A DNA stretch of 64,000 bases from Antedon mediterranea (Eukaryota > Animalia > Echinodermata): positions 5,952,001 through 6,016,000 of the forward strand of contig NC_092672.1 in assembly GCF_964355755.1 (NCBI RefSeq), written 5' to 3'. Below, in pieces: positions 1 to 13,583 of this stretch. Below the pieces are notes generated by a model. The model did no database searches. It saw only the letters and a program-made list of their open reading frames with translations, and had not been told where the DNA came from. The first letter of the stretch is position 1, and each line of letters starts with the position of its first letter. The position numbers were made by a program, and so were the translations under genes.

Positions 1-540
1 AGATATAACCTAGACATCTGATTGGTTAGCAGTATAATACCATAGATACTATTATATACCATTGATATATCTGATTGGTTAGCAGTATAGTACCATAGAT
101 ACTATTATATACCATATCATTGATATATAACCTAGACATCTGATTGGTTAAAACTACACGCATAATTTAACTTGTGTCTGCTTCACTGAACTACTGTAAT
201 CTGATCAATTTCAGGTTTTACTGCCCTCAACTTCTCTCATCATAAATTACACTATTTGTTATGCATTCTGTATGCTTGTGTCTTCCATAATTCATTTGTT
301 CTCTGATGGTCAGTTTTTTTTTTTTCATTTTCTTGATTCTTGTATTTACTTTAGACAGGCCTTTACCCTGAAGTAGGTTGAATATGGCTAACAATGATGA
401 TGATTTACTTTGCTACAACATTTTGTTTCCTTTCTATGGTGTGCTTTTGTTTTACAACTCATAGTTTGTCTTTCTGATGTCTATATTATTATTATTATAC
501 TTTAATTTTTCTGTGGTTACTAATGGTAATTGGATAGGTA
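1..540. repeat. Duplicated non-coding block A (62-bp CCAAT-containing unit, then ...ctgccctcaacttctctcat...gttgaatatggcta)
   Basis: Near-identical text recurs at about 10318-10630, 32917-33745, 61085-61470 and 63652-64000; the core ccctcaacttctctcat also occurs at about 5605, 13030 and 37597. Confidence 0.9.
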
Positions 541-1439
541 AATCTAGTGAAAAAGAAAGGCTCACATTTTTTCAGCAATCTCAATTTTTTTAGGAATATT
601 TCCGGCCCTGGATATTGACCCCAGTCGGTCAGGACATTTCCCCCCAATTTAGGCCAAAAAAAAATTGGTCATAATTGGGAAATCTCAAGCCACCAGCAAC
701 CTCAAACTTTACATGTATGTATTCAACATTGTGAATAAAAAAGTTACTCTAAATAAGTTGATTAATTCATGATTTATGTTGGGTAAATGAATATAGGATG
801 ATACTTGCTCTACTAAGAATTACAATTACTATAGTAAAAGGTATATAATGATCTACTTTGATGTTCACTAAAATTTTAACTTTTTCTTACGCTTATTGCT
901 CTTTGAATTTTTAGTCATCTAACTTAAAAATCTTATCATGGCCTTCATTAAGGATAGGATTGTTCTGTAAGTTTGGTATTGAAAAGAACGTGATAATTTC
1001 GAAAAGTCAGTCATGATTGGGAGTGTCATTTTGTCCAACTAGTGGTGCCGTTTATTATGAATGTTACGTGCGAGAATACCATTTTCAGCCATCTAGGGGT
1101 ACCATGAGTGAACCAAATTCGCTTTGCCTCAGGCCCCATCATGGTGAAGGGCTGTAGCTCAAATACTTGGTTTCCGAAATCCCCCACAAAAATAGTGTAA
1201 TCTGTGGCGCATTTCAATCCCTCTGGTTGGTAACTATGCAATAGTAAAAAAAAGTATGAAGTGATAATTTACAAAACTAAAATTTCTATCAATATAGGAT
1301 ACATCTTTTGAATAGTTTCTTGTTAGATATTTTGTGTGGCAATGAATTGAATTAACCTTAATATATATAATGTTTTGTTGAAATAGTACAGTATCTAATA
1401 TGTAATTTCAAATCAATTTTTATTAATCTCTCCTCTTTT

Positions 1440-2198
1440 CAAAATGTTTCAATATTTTTCACTTAAAAGTTTCACTTTTGGTGGTAAATTGAGTCGTTCC
1501 AATTCATGAAATAGTGAAAGGAGTGATGATTGTTTTGGAGTTCAATGTCCGTCAACTTTAGAATTGATTCTACTGAGAGACTACAGCTGCATGTTACACA
1601 TTTAATAATGGTTTTATGCATTACAATAAATAAGTTGCATTCAATGCATAAAAGGTATTATAATTCTATTATGGCTAGCTAATTAGAACCATCGTTACAT
1701 TGAAATAATACGTAGTTTCAAATATCAATTTTAGAAATTTGTTGATTATTTGACAAAATTTATTCTCCTGAGAGATTCTACAGCTGACACATTGCTATCA
1801 TTTTGTAACCCATTTTACTCTATTGTATATACACAGCCTGGAAGCCCATTAACCATTACTATTTCTTTCATTCATTGATATTGATATCAAATGATGAGAA
1901 CATACCACAGGTGTCACTGAGTTTTGTTATGTTAGCCAGCAGTGACATACATGGTGTTAATGTACTTTATTCTCTCCCCTTACCTTATCTGACCTCCCCT
2001 CCCTTTCAACTTTCAATTAAGTATATTTTGATATTTCTTCCATCTTCTGTTTGATTATGTTTGATTGATTGGTTGGTGGATAATGAAGGTTCTTAATTAT
2101 ATTACATGGCATTTTATAATAATAATATGACAACCCTTGAAACAACCCTTCCTAGTTTGACATAAAATGTGTGATGTGCCCAAATATGGTAGTGGTAT
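1440..2198. repeat. Duplicated non-coding block B (gagactacagctg...gtgtcactgagttttgttatgttaaccagcagtgacatacatgg)
   Basis: Recurs at about 8185-8600, 19530-19940, 55965-56360 and 57790-58720. Confidence 0.9.
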
Positions 2199-2630
2199 CA
2201 GGGGCGGACGGAGGGGTGTTGCCCCAGTTGCCCGGGCAACACCCTTAATTTCATACTAAATGTTTTTTTCTAACACTAAATTAAAATTTAGATCCCATTT
2301 CATCTTATTATTAACCATTAACGTTATAGAAGTCCACGGTTGGAAGAGTCTATATGTAAATTGACAGACTGCAGCGTATAATTAACCGCGCACAATTTAA
2401 CGGCGGCGGTCAGCGTAATTTTTTTAATGTTTTATATACAATCATGTTTCTGAACATGCTCAGAATGAATTTCTGACTGTTTGGATTGCTTGTGTGCGTC
2501 TTGAGAAGGTATGTGGAAAACCCTGTCATATGGGGGGGCCTGTGGCGCAAACACTTGGTTTCTATATGGCCCTAGACTCGTGTGCAACTCCCTTATAAAT
2601 AGTCCTGCGACTGCCCCTGGATATGATATC

Positions 2631-2975
2631 ATTTTATTTATTTTATTTTATGTCTTTAGGCAATGTGGCCAAGGATTACCAATAGTAAATTAATCACTGT
2701 CCTATCAGATAGGTGGTAATCCCCCTGATACAGGGGCTATTTTGTGAACCAGTTCACCGGGGTAACCCCCTACTCTTTTCGAATAATGAACTGGGTTCTT
2801 TAAAGTGCACACAGGTTATAACTGTGTACACTGGACCTATGGTTTATAGTCCTTATCCGAGAGGACTTGTTCCACCACCAGAACTAGCGAGTCGGCCTCA
2901 AACCCTTGCCGATGTTGTTGGCTCTTTAGGTACGGTAAACGGCGCCCTTGCCTTAACCGCTCGGCCATTTGACTA
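2631..2975 (-). mobile_element. tRNA-derived SINE with Deu/Nin-like core
   Basis: Minus strand reads tggccgagcggttaagg (A box), ggtttgagg (degenerate B box), core ggataaggactataaacc...ggtcc...ttaaagaaccc...aagagtagggggttaccccggtg, and a (taaaa)n tail at about 2631-2650. The core resembles the Deu/Nin SINE domain from memory. Confidence 0.75.
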
Positions 2976-3299
2976 CAGGTAATTATCACTTACAAAATAA
3001 TACTAATATTGAACACTGGTAAAATAATCCATTGTAGATTTGAGCGTGAGAACATGACATGTCACACATTTTAACAATTATGGGTTTTATTCAATCAGTA
3101 ACACACACACCCATGGTTGTCAATATCCTCTTTACTATCATGGTTATATTTACCACGTCTATACTATAGTTGATTCTGATCGATGTGTTTGTTTTTTTTA
3201 ATCTGTCAACGCTATCAGCAAAATGTGCTAAACTAGTTGTCAACATCACTTTACACTTCCTAATTCAACTTCTGGAATTTACACCCTCTCATCAGCTTA

Positions 3300-3420
3300 A
3301 GCTCTGTCTACACTATCAAACTTTCACAAAAAAAATGTGATGTGCCCAAATATGATAGTGATATGCCCAAATATGGTAGTGATATGATGTCATCATGTCC
3401 ATATATGGGCACATCATGTT
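3300..3420 (+). mobile_element. Truncated PIF/Harbinger-like MITE (AGCTCTGTCTACACTA family)
   Basis: Left TIR after TTA and internal tgcccaaatatggtagtgat repeats; right TIR missing. Confidence 0.75.
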
Positions 3421-3593
3421 TATTTAAACTGTTGAATGAAATGTTTCATTATCTTCATCTCATCATCATTATCTTCATCTCATCATCATTATCTTTATCA
3501 TCTAATCATCATCTTCATCTTATCAGTAGCATCATCTTTTTCATTAACTTCGTTCTTCATAATTTTCATCTCATCTCCTTTTTCACAGAAGAA

Positions 3594-4350
3594 TGGTTTC
3601 ATTGATTTTGATCCAAGTTGGCCCTAAACCGTCTCGGCCAAAGTCAAGTCGGCCCCAAGTCAAGTCGGCCCCAAGTCAACTCGGCCTCAAGTCAACTCGG
3701 CCTCACGTCAACTCGGCCAAAAAATAATCGTTCAATTCGGCCCCGTTAAAGTATGGAACGCAAAAAGTGCAAATGAAGGGGATTGATAAAATAATATTTC
3801 TTCACAATTTTTTAACTATGAATAATTCTGACTTTTAATGAATATTAATATTTAGACAATAATATTTAGCAAAGAAAATAGGAATGATTTCACCAACTTT
3901 CCTATATTTACGTTTAATAAAATTTCAAATTGCACAATTGAAAACAATTCGTAGCTGCGCCTCCCTGCGCCTTTGGCTGCTACGTGTTTTCGCTGACCGG
4001 GGGATTCCCCTTTTTTAAAAACGCAAATCATGGACAAAAACGATATGTACGATCATTTTTTCTATGGCCAAATGGTGGAACGTAGGCCTCCGTCTTCGAT
4101 TTACTAAAATGCGGTACCTGCACGTGTTTTTGTAACACGCAGGTACTTCTATTCATATCGGCAATGAGTTCATTTTTTTATATGATATTATTTAATTATA
4201 TTATATTTTTTATTTCGTCATTTTTTTAAAAGCGTGGATAGTAAGAATCATAATAATATTAAGCAATTTTTGTGTTCCATACTTTATTGTGGCCGAGTTG
4301 ACCGAGTTGACGTGAGGCCGAGTTGACTTGAGGCCGAGTTGACCTGCACC
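3594..4350. mobile_element. Non-autonomous DNA transposon with inverted arrays of 16-bp subterminal repeats (unclassified)
   Basis: (aagtcaactcggcctc)n at about 3640-3720 is mirrored by (gaggccgagttgactt)n at about 4290-4345; aaagtatggaac and gttccatacttt are also inverted. Exact ends uncertain. Confidence 0.65.
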
Positions 4351-4384
4351 CATTTCATTATGAGTAATGAGATACAAATCGTCT

Positions 4385-4828
4385 TATCATTGTAATCCTT
4401 ATCATCGACTTTATGCTCATCATCACCATCATTATTGTCATCATCATCATCACCGTCATTATCATTATCATCTTCACCGTGATTATCATCATCACCGTCA
4501 TCAGTATCATCATCACCTTCATCATCATTGTAATTATCATCATCACCTACATCATCGTCATTATCATCATCACCTACATCATCATTGTAATTATCATCAC
4601 CTACATCATCGTCATTATCATCATCACCTTCATCATCATTGTAATTATCATCATCACCTACATCATTGTCATTTTCGTCATCACCATCATCATCAACATC
4701 ACCTTCATCATCATTATCACCTTCATCATCATCGTCAACATCACCTTCATCATCATCACCTTCATCATCACCTTCAGCATCATCATCATCATCACCTTCA
4801 TCAACATCATATCGTCATCATCATCATA
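4385..4828. repeat. Degenerate (CAT)n microsatellite with higher-order units
   Basis: Directly visible; it generates the poly-His, poly-Ile and poly-Met ORFs in the track. Confidence 0.95.
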
Positions 4829-5373
4829 TAAAGTAGTTATACAATAATATACAATATACAAATAACTATTCATTCTTACTTTATTAGTCTACAAATTGAG
4901 TGAAATATGTATTGCAACAATTTTATTCTAGAAATGAAAAAAAACTAATTATCTATGTTATAACTCCTTGGTTATTCCAAATGATATAAAGGATATAAAG
5001 TCTGGTTATTTAATACAATTCATTAAGTAATACAATCACATTTTAATAGTATTTTTAAAGTTAATTTTTCAAAATGACTATATTATGCACATGGTATGTA
5101 TGAAAAATTAAAAAAAAATCAACATGATTCAATGCTTAAATCCTATATTTAATTATGTTTATGTTCTAAAAAGTTTAGCTTAAATACTACTACCACCAAC
5201 AGTTTATTAAAACAAAAATAATATGATAAACTAATGTGACAAATTTAATGCATGTAAATAACAATATTATATTAAATTATACTAAACAGTTTAATATCGA
5301 TATATGATAAACTTTAAATACAACAATAATATATGTGTAAAATCATATTAATATCAATCCACTATTATTTATA

Positions 5374-5523
5374 CTAGCAAGTATACCCGCCTCAGAGCGG
5401 GTTTCAAATGTAGTTTAAAACATCAATTATCAGATTTACATCACCTATATCATGAGGATTACTTTACCCAAGTTTGAGACTTTCCCAGATAGACAGACAG
5501 AGATTTGGTGAATTATAGCAAGA
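5374..5523 (-). mobile_element. Miniature non-autonomous Helitron
   Basis: Minus strand begins TC(TTGCTATAAT..) with ctgtctgtct repeats, ends with hairpin acccgc-tctgag-gcgggt then CTAG, and sits between A and T with no TSD. Confidence 0.7.
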
Positions 5524-6418
5524 TAATATATAGCTTTATTATACCTTACAAAGATTATAGGCATCTGATTGCATTTGAGTAAACTGTTGATCTCATGTTT
5601 CACTGCCCTCAACTTCTCTCATCATCAATTAAGTTATTCATTAAGAAGCTTTTTCATTGCGGTATCTAAGGCCAACAGTTTTGCGAATTTGTAAACTCGA
5701 CTATGATTTATAGGTCCCAGCTGCTGAACCCAAAAAACGTCTGGGAAAAGAGAGTCTATGAGGGCTCACGGTTGAACAATTTTGGATTCTCGCCCTTTGA
5801 TTGGTGGAAGACTGGAAAAATGTTCTCACTTGTACCACCGTGAAGTCACCTTGTCTCTAGAGAGGGGTATTATAGTCAATTGACTATGGTTGCATGCCTA
5901 TTAGAAATACAGGTAATTATATACAGGTTGAGGTCACAGCATACAACAGGTATTTAATCTCTACAGTCATGGAAGAAAATATGAAAGAAAATTATCAGAA
6001 TCAAATGATGATGATCACATGATGTAATGTCGACAGTTTGAAAAAGAAAATGATCGTGCTAATAATTAAAAAACTATCTTTGATTTGTATGTATTTTTGC
6101 GATTAAAGGACATCTTTTTAATAATTAATCATTTAATATATCTGATGAAAGAACAATGAATAATTTTAAAATGTCGAGCGGCATTTTTTGTAAGAAATAT
6201 TTCTTGTTTAAACTGGTGATAGTAATGATAACTGAGATTCATGTATTTGGTTTTCTATAAAGTTAGTTACTTATCCATGGTCTGCTATTTGTTCCTAGTT
6301 CATTGCAAAATTTTAAAATGAGGGTGTACAGTATATGAAAATATACCCAAAGCTTTGTTTTTAATTGTATTTTTATGATCTGCAGTTGCCTGAAGCTCTT
6401 TATTCAATCCAATATTAA

Positions 6419-6759
6419 AGATGTATTGTCTCCCAAATACTTGGGGGACAATACATCTTCATAAAAATGAAGATTAATAAAATCAGACTTTGAATAGATT
6501 ATTTTGTGGTTTTAATAAAGTTAATTTTCGTAGAAAAAAAAACCGGGAAAAATAAATGTTTTCACTTATAAAATGACAAAATAAATGGTTAAATTCAACC
6601 AAAAACTAATTGGCTGGCAGCCAATTTTACTAGTTTTTGCTTTAAATGTTTTTTTAGGTAAATGCATTTTTTTCGACCCAATTTTTGGTCAAAGTGACAT
6701 TAAAATTGCATACTCAACAAATTGTTTAAGAATTATTTTTTCAGAGGGACAATACTTCT
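6419..6759. mobile_element. TTAA-flanked MITE (Kolobok-like), TIR AGATGTATTGTC(T/C)CC
   Basis: ttaa|agatgtattgtc ... gggacaatacttct|ttaa; inverted copy at 27340-27686 and a partial copy at about 40995-41400. Confidence 0.7.
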
Positions 6760-6910
6760 TTAATTGTATTTTTATTTAAAATCTGCTGTAATTAGATACA
6801 ATTTCAATATCATGATGAAATAGTGAAGTTTATCTTTCTAGAATTAATTTTCAAATATGTAAAATCTTCATTCTATAAAAAATTACTCACAGTATTTGTT
6901 ATTAATATCT

Positions 6911-7276
6911 GCTTTCATATTGCTTATTTATTTTTAATGTCTAATAATAATATTGTGCAATTAGCTTTCATATTGCTTATTTATTTTTAATGGCTATTAA
7001 TAATATTGTGCAATTAGCTTTCATATTGCTTATTTATTTTTAATGGCTAATAATAATATTGTGCAATTAGCTTTCATATTGCTTATTTATTTTTAATGTC
7101 TAATAATAATATTGTGCAATTAGCTTTCATATTGCTTATTTATTTTTAATGTCTAATAATAATATTGTGCAATTAGCTTTCATATTGCTTATTTATTTTT
7201 AATGTCTAATAATAATATTGTGCAATTAGCTTTCATATTGCTTATTTATTTTTAATGGCTAATATTGTGCAATTAC
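6911..7276. repeat. 53-bp minisatellite, about 7 copies
   Basis: Unit gctttcatattgcttatttatttttaatgtctaataataatattgtgcaatta. Confidence 0.95.
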
Positions 7277-7783
7277 TTTTAGTCAATGTCTTGAGTACTT
7301 TCCTGTTACTCCCTCGGAATGTTAAACTTTTCTTGACATTTAGGGCATTCCACTTTACTCTCTGCCATCATCCTAAAAAAATTAAATAGATACTCTGAAT
7401 AGAATTAATAATTAGAAATTATTTTATTAATAGAATTAATTTTAGATTTTATACATTTTTGTTTAATATCAATTATGGCATAGAGGATTTTTTTGACACA
7501 TAAAGTTTGATATTGTAGACAAGGCTTTAGCCAAATTAGTAGGGGATGCAAAATGTGATCATCTCTTCCTACGGGCACTAATATCACATGACAAAAACAA
7601 GATCAATTCTTGTACAATCGAAACAGTTTATAATTTAAGGTGCGGGTGAAAAGTAACAGACAGCATTCATGGTTCTCAGCTCCCTGCGTCGCCACTTTGA
7701 AAGCATCCTATATTATCATTGGTACCCTCAATTCAATTTGAAATGTGGAAAAATTCTAACGTACTAAAAGTCAAATAACTTAC

Positions 7784-7882
7784 CAGTGTTAAGTTTTTTA
7801 TTTCAGAAGTAACACTTTCTGTAGAGGATGATGCACGTGCATCCTTCATCAATTGATCGTAATGCGTAGATACTGCTTCGAA
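7784..7882 (-). CDS. Candidate 99-nt internal exon of an unknown gene (FEAVSTHYDQLMKDARASSSTESVTSEIKNLTL)
   Basis: Minus strand tttcaacag| ... |gtaagt, 33 open codons in phase 0; no homology recognised. Confidence 0.35.
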
Positions 7883-8604
7883 CTGTTGAAACACAACATA
7901 AAAGTAGTCAATATTGCGGTCTCGCTCTTTTGTGGCTGGAATGTTATCATAACAATAGTGAAAAGCTATCTAAAATATTAATAAGCGTGATAGAAGTTAC
8001 GAATTAAAAGACGTTTACTGTATAATTTCAATATAAAATTTATTGACAAAAAGAGAGATCGACGTTTCGGTATCATCATAGAACCATTTATTGGCAAAAA
8101 TGAATGTTTGAGTTGAGTGGAGAAAATACAGTATGATTAGATTGGCAAAATAGTCATTATAATATACATTTTTATGAGTTGAATACAGCTGTATGTTACA
8201 CATTCAATGTTGGTTTTATGCATTACAATAAATAATTTTGAAATGCATAAAAGGTTTTATAATTCAGCCTAGCTAGCTTAGAACCATTGTTACATTGAAC
8301 TTCTAATAATACATATCTATTGTGTATACACACACTGTTTAGCCCCTTAACCATTACCATTTCTTTCATTCATTTATTTGAAAATATTGATATCAAATGG
8401 TGAGACACAGGTGTCACTGAGTTTTGTTATGTTAACCAGCAGTGACATACATGGTGGTAATGTACTTTATAATTTATTTTATCCCCTTTCATCTTTCAAT
8501 TTAATATTTTCAATTTCCTATATCATTACTTGTAGTTTTATTTATCTTCTGTATACATTTTTATTTTTGTGAGTTGATTGGTTGGTGGATAATCAAATTT
8601 CATT

Positions 8605-9372
8605 TAATAAAGAGAAATGGCGAACCGCGATGACGTCACTCAAATTTCACCGAGTGGGTATAGATTGTAAACAAACCATTTCGCCACATGTTTTTGTATG
8701 GGAAATTTCGATGGGTTGAGTTAAAAAGGTAGTTAGAAAAGAACGTTTAAAACACACATAATAGCAGTATCTTTTTTTTTGCAACACCCTTAACAATTTT
8801 AATGTTATATGGGCAAATCTTAACATATTTTATTTCAATTTGGATTGAATTAAGACGCGTTTTTGTTATATACTGTACCCAGCTCTAGGCCCTAGATAGT
8901 TTCGCTGATGCTGTGTAGTACCCTCGAGTAGGCCTACTCGAGCGAGCCTACTAGCACGGATTATCGGTTATTATAATAATAATAATAATAATATTGGAAA
9001 TTCTTTATTGCATACTGGTACTACTACTACTTTAGCTAGGGTGCTGCTAGGCCTCTCCTAGCTAGGTAGTAAGACTAAATAGAGCATCTCTAGTAGACGT
9101 AGGCCTAGCATTTAGTTTCAGCTTGACAACTGCCATTTTGTTAGTCTAATGTAGACCTACAGATATGAGATATTTTTAGGAATATGATTGTGAATGATGG
9201 ATGACTAAATACACAAATAGAAAAGAATTATGAGCGTTACAGCAACAACATTGGTTAGACGACGCCATGATTCACGTGTATAAACATAGGAAATGTGCCG
9301 CCCTCAACGGTTTGTTATGATTTTATACCCACTCGGATTTTAGACGTCGTCGGTTCGCCATTTCTCTCTATT
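8605..9372. mobile_element. Non-autonomous TIR DNA transposon (TIR AGAGAAATGGCGAACCG)
   Basis: agagaaatggcgaaccg...gacgtc...ccgagtgggtata mirrored by tatacccactcgg...gacgtc...cggttcgccatttctct; TAA/TTA-type flanks. Confidence 0.8.
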
Positions 9373-10023
9373 ATATAACATTTTTAATGTAATAATAATA
9401 TAATTGTTAGCGCCTTCAAGTTGATACTTCCCTTCTTAGAGATCTGTTTGAAGTAGTTTTTGACTCTGTAAATTAACATTGTTGAAATACAGAATTAATT
9501 TACTGTCTAAAAGTTTGAATTGTCACTTCTATTACATTTGAATCTGTCCCAACTTCTAGTCTGGAATAAAATGTTGACCTATGGAAAAGTAGTTGCTAAC
9601 GAGAGGCTCAGCTAATAGAGGGCTAAACACTTGATGCTCTTTATGTCTGCTGAGGAACTATTTAATTTTTTTTTGGTTAGCCACTTGTTGGAGGTAAATT
9701 TGTCTTACAAAATATTGAAAATTTTTAATGAAAATGTGTTTTAAACATGTTTTCTGCTAACGGGAGGTGGATAGACATGATAAACAGGATTTTGAGAGTC
9801 CATTTCAAGAGGTGTTTCTGTTAAAAACGTGTCCGCACAGGAAAGTTCCGCTGTAGCATGGTATTTGTGTTTCGAACACATATTTACCACGTCTATACTA
9901 TAGTTGATGCTGATTGATGTGTTTGTTTTTGTAATCTGTCAATGCTATCAGCAAAATGTACTAAACTAGTTGTCAACATCACTTTCCACATTCAAATTCT
10001 GGAATTTACACCCTCTCAGCTTA

Positions 10024-10163
10024 AGCTCTGTCTACACTATCAAACTAGTTTGACCCAAAAAGTGTGATGTGCCCAAATATGGTAGTGATATGATGTCATC
10101 ATGGTCATATATGGGCACATCACATTTTTTTGTCACATAAAGTTAGGTAGTGTAAACAGAGCT
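10024..10163 (+). mobile_element. PIF/Harbinger-like MITE, complete
   Basis: TTA|AGCTCTGTCTACACTATCAAACT ... AGTTAGGTAGTGTAAACAGAGCT|TTA, i.e. a TIR with a 3-bp TTA TSD. Confidence 0.85.
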
Positions 10164-11730
10164 TTAGAATTAACCTGAGTAAAATAAAATATAAGAATTT
10201 ATAGGAATGTTTACAGTGTATGTAATCAAAGCCAATCTAATACTGTTTAAATCACTGTTTAACTATTTCAATTTTCATTAAACATAGTGCAAACAAAAAA
10301 ATAAACTTGACTAAAATAAGCAGTATAATATCATAGATACTATTATATTCCACATATTTAACCAGGACATCTGATTGGTTAAAACTACACGCATAATTTA
10401 ACTTGTGTCTGCTTCACTGAACTACTGTATTCTGATCACTTTCAGGTTCTACTGCCCTCAACTTCTCTCATCATCAATTACACTATTTGTTATGCATTCT
10501 GTATGCTTGTATCTTTAAAGATTTCCTTTTTTTTTTATGGTCAGTTTTCTTCTTTTTGTTTTTTTCTTTATTTCTGTATTTACTTTAGAGAGGCATTTAC
10601 CCTGAAGTGCGTTGAATATGGCTAGCAATAAGATTGTTATTATTTGTATTAATCTATCATAAACAATTGAGCAGAAGTCAATAGACATACTGTGTGGATG
10701 TACTTTCTTAATATTGAGGATAAGGACAATTTATGATATTACTGTTGAATTTGTTTATTTTTAGTTTAGTTGAGTTAGAATATTTTAATGAAACAGACAT
10801 GTCTGACTATCACCTCATAATCAATTCGAATGGATCTAGTACTATTTTTTGTCAATTGTCCATATAAATTGCATGAAAGTATGTAACCATATAATCTATC
10901 ATAATGTTATAAATATGCCTACACTACCGTACACACCTTAGAATATATCATCATTGTCATAATTATAATCATCATCATAAAAAGTAGTCAAACAATAATG
11001 TACAGTATACATACAGTTTAATACAAAATAATAATGTGTAAAAACAGTGAATTAGAATATTTACAATGTATTAAATCAAGCAAGTTTTCCCGGAGCTCTT
11101 CATTTAGTCCAATAAAGTGTATTTTTATTAAAATTTATCTGTTGAAGTACAATTTCATACATGGAAATAGATTCAAGTTTTATCATTATATTAATAATTA
11201 ATGCCAAATTTTTCTGAATTATTTTAAATGGTCAGGTGGCAAAGTGTTCGGTGTTGAATGACCATATGGAAACAAGCCATGACTTGCCAAAGGTCCAGGG
11301 GGCAAATGGATGAGTAGAGGATTGCTGTCTTGTTCCTCACCTGAAATAGAAAAACATTTCTTACAATTAGGGCATTCTACTTTTCTGCCTACTTCTGAAA
11401 AATAATATAACCGTAAGAATCCTCTTCTCTTCTGTCGTTAATCTTCATACCAATTTTTTATTTGATAGACAATTGTTGAACATTGAATACTGTAATAGAA
11501 GTAAACATAATTCAAGATGTATTTACACAAGAGGAAATTACTTGCTGTACTGCAAACAGAATACAAATGTTTTTAAATGTACAAATACAAAAAAAAATAT
11601 TTAAAAATATACTATATTATATATACAAAAATGTAAATAGGAGATCAATATTGGGAACTAAATATCAATTTTAAATTAAATGTTGAATTACTTAAAAACA
11701 AGCTACTTACCCTCTGTGTGGAGGAGGGGG

Positions 11731-12045
11731 ACATCATCATCGTCGCCGCCGTCGTCATCAACATCATCATCAACATCAAGTCATCAACATTGTCATCATC
11801 AACATTGTCATTATCAACATTGTCATCATCAACATCATCATCATTATCAACATTGTCATCATCAAAATCATCATCATTATCAACATTGTCATCAACATCA
11901 TCCTCATCATCAACATCATCGTCGTCGTCGTCATCATCATCTACATCAACAACATCGTCATCATCATCATCTTTATCATTGTCATCAACATCATCTTCAA
12001 CATTGTCATCATCAACATCATAATCATCATCATCATTGTCATGTC
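11731..12045. repeat. Degenerate (CAT)n microsatellite
   Basis: Directly visible; positionally homologous to 4385-4828 and about 36245-36330. Confidence 0.95.
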
Positions 12046-13583
12046 AGTGTAATCTTCATATTCATAATTATTTATCTCCTTCATTACAATTGTCACCAGT
12101 AGTCATATAATTACACAATTATAATGTACATGAATAGCTTCATTGTAATTTATTAATCATAAAACAATCCATAATACAATGAAGTTTAGTAATGAAAATG
12201 GTAAATCTAATTATCTGTATAAAGCATATTTTATTTATCATCATTATTTATTTATTAATATTTAAAATAATACTATATTACATTCTGTGTAAATTAATAA
12301 TATTTAAATAAAAAAAAAAAATATTGATGTTTATTTTCATATTCTATTATAAATTCTAATATAACAAAAAACATAATTAAATATTATTAAATAAATGGTT
12401 TGATTATATTTATAATGTAAATATGATTATGAATATGCTACCACTAGAACAGTTTATTAAAGAAAAAATAATATATTTAAACAAAATAATATACTGTACA
12501 AGGTATACTATTTTATATGTTATATAAACTATATAAAGCGCCTTTCATCATGTTTATTCATGAAAATGATGCTATTAAAATTAGGAATTTGTATTTATTA
12601 TTAAAACCGAAGTCAGTCCACACTACCAACTATTATATATTTGGTGAAAGGTGGATGAAAATTTAAACTTTCACATTACAATTAAACATATGGGTAGGGG
12701 TGCTTCCAAAAACCAATCAATCACTATAGGGTAAATGTTTGATCTATAATTTAAAACAAACTTTTAAATAGTAAAACATCAAAATATATACAGTGTATTA
12801 AAATCATCAAATCATCAATCAAAAGGTATTGATTACTTTTTTAAATGATAAACATTATAAAACATTGTATCAACAACAGAAATAATAGTCTACTGTAAGT
12901 AATATTATTATACAGTATTAATAAACTCCAATGTAACCATACACAGATTATCTGATTGTTTGAAACTACTAACATAATTTGACTATCTTGTTTTCCACTC
13001 GCTAGGCTGATCTCTGGATTGACGTCATTGCCCTCAACTTCTCTCATAATTTCTATGTATTTTGTAGGTGTACAAGTATGATTTTATCATTCTTAATATC
13101 CTCTAATACCGTACCGTAGTCTGTAATTATTTTAGAAATTGTTATTCTTTTGTAATTAGTTGTTTTGTTATTTCAGTATGTAAATGTAGTAAAAGAGAAA
13201 ACTGATTGAAAAGCAAAGTTAAATTTAAAATCGGAATTTCTTTAAATTGTAAACTAATTTTCCTTTACAAAATTATACAATGTACATGAGTCTATAATGT
13301 CAATATACAAAAACACTTACAAATGAGTAAATGCTGTGAAATGCTAAATTCTGTATTTATAACTCAACTTAACTTTTTCAGTGGATTGTCATGAAAAAGC
13401 ATACTTTGTAAATATTTTGTAATTTGTTTTTATGTATAATTTGTTTTTATGTATAATTTGTTTTTATGTATAATTTGTTTTTTTATATTGGTATTTACTG
13501 TATCCTTGTTGCTCATCTCATTGAGACTGTACTTCTGATTCAAAAGATATACATTAAAGTTCAGTTCAGTACTCAAATCCATT

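Noticed and set aside
4358-4873. His-, Ile- and Met-rich ORFs (also 11680-12102)
   Set aside because: They are translations of (CAT)n microsatellites in several frames.
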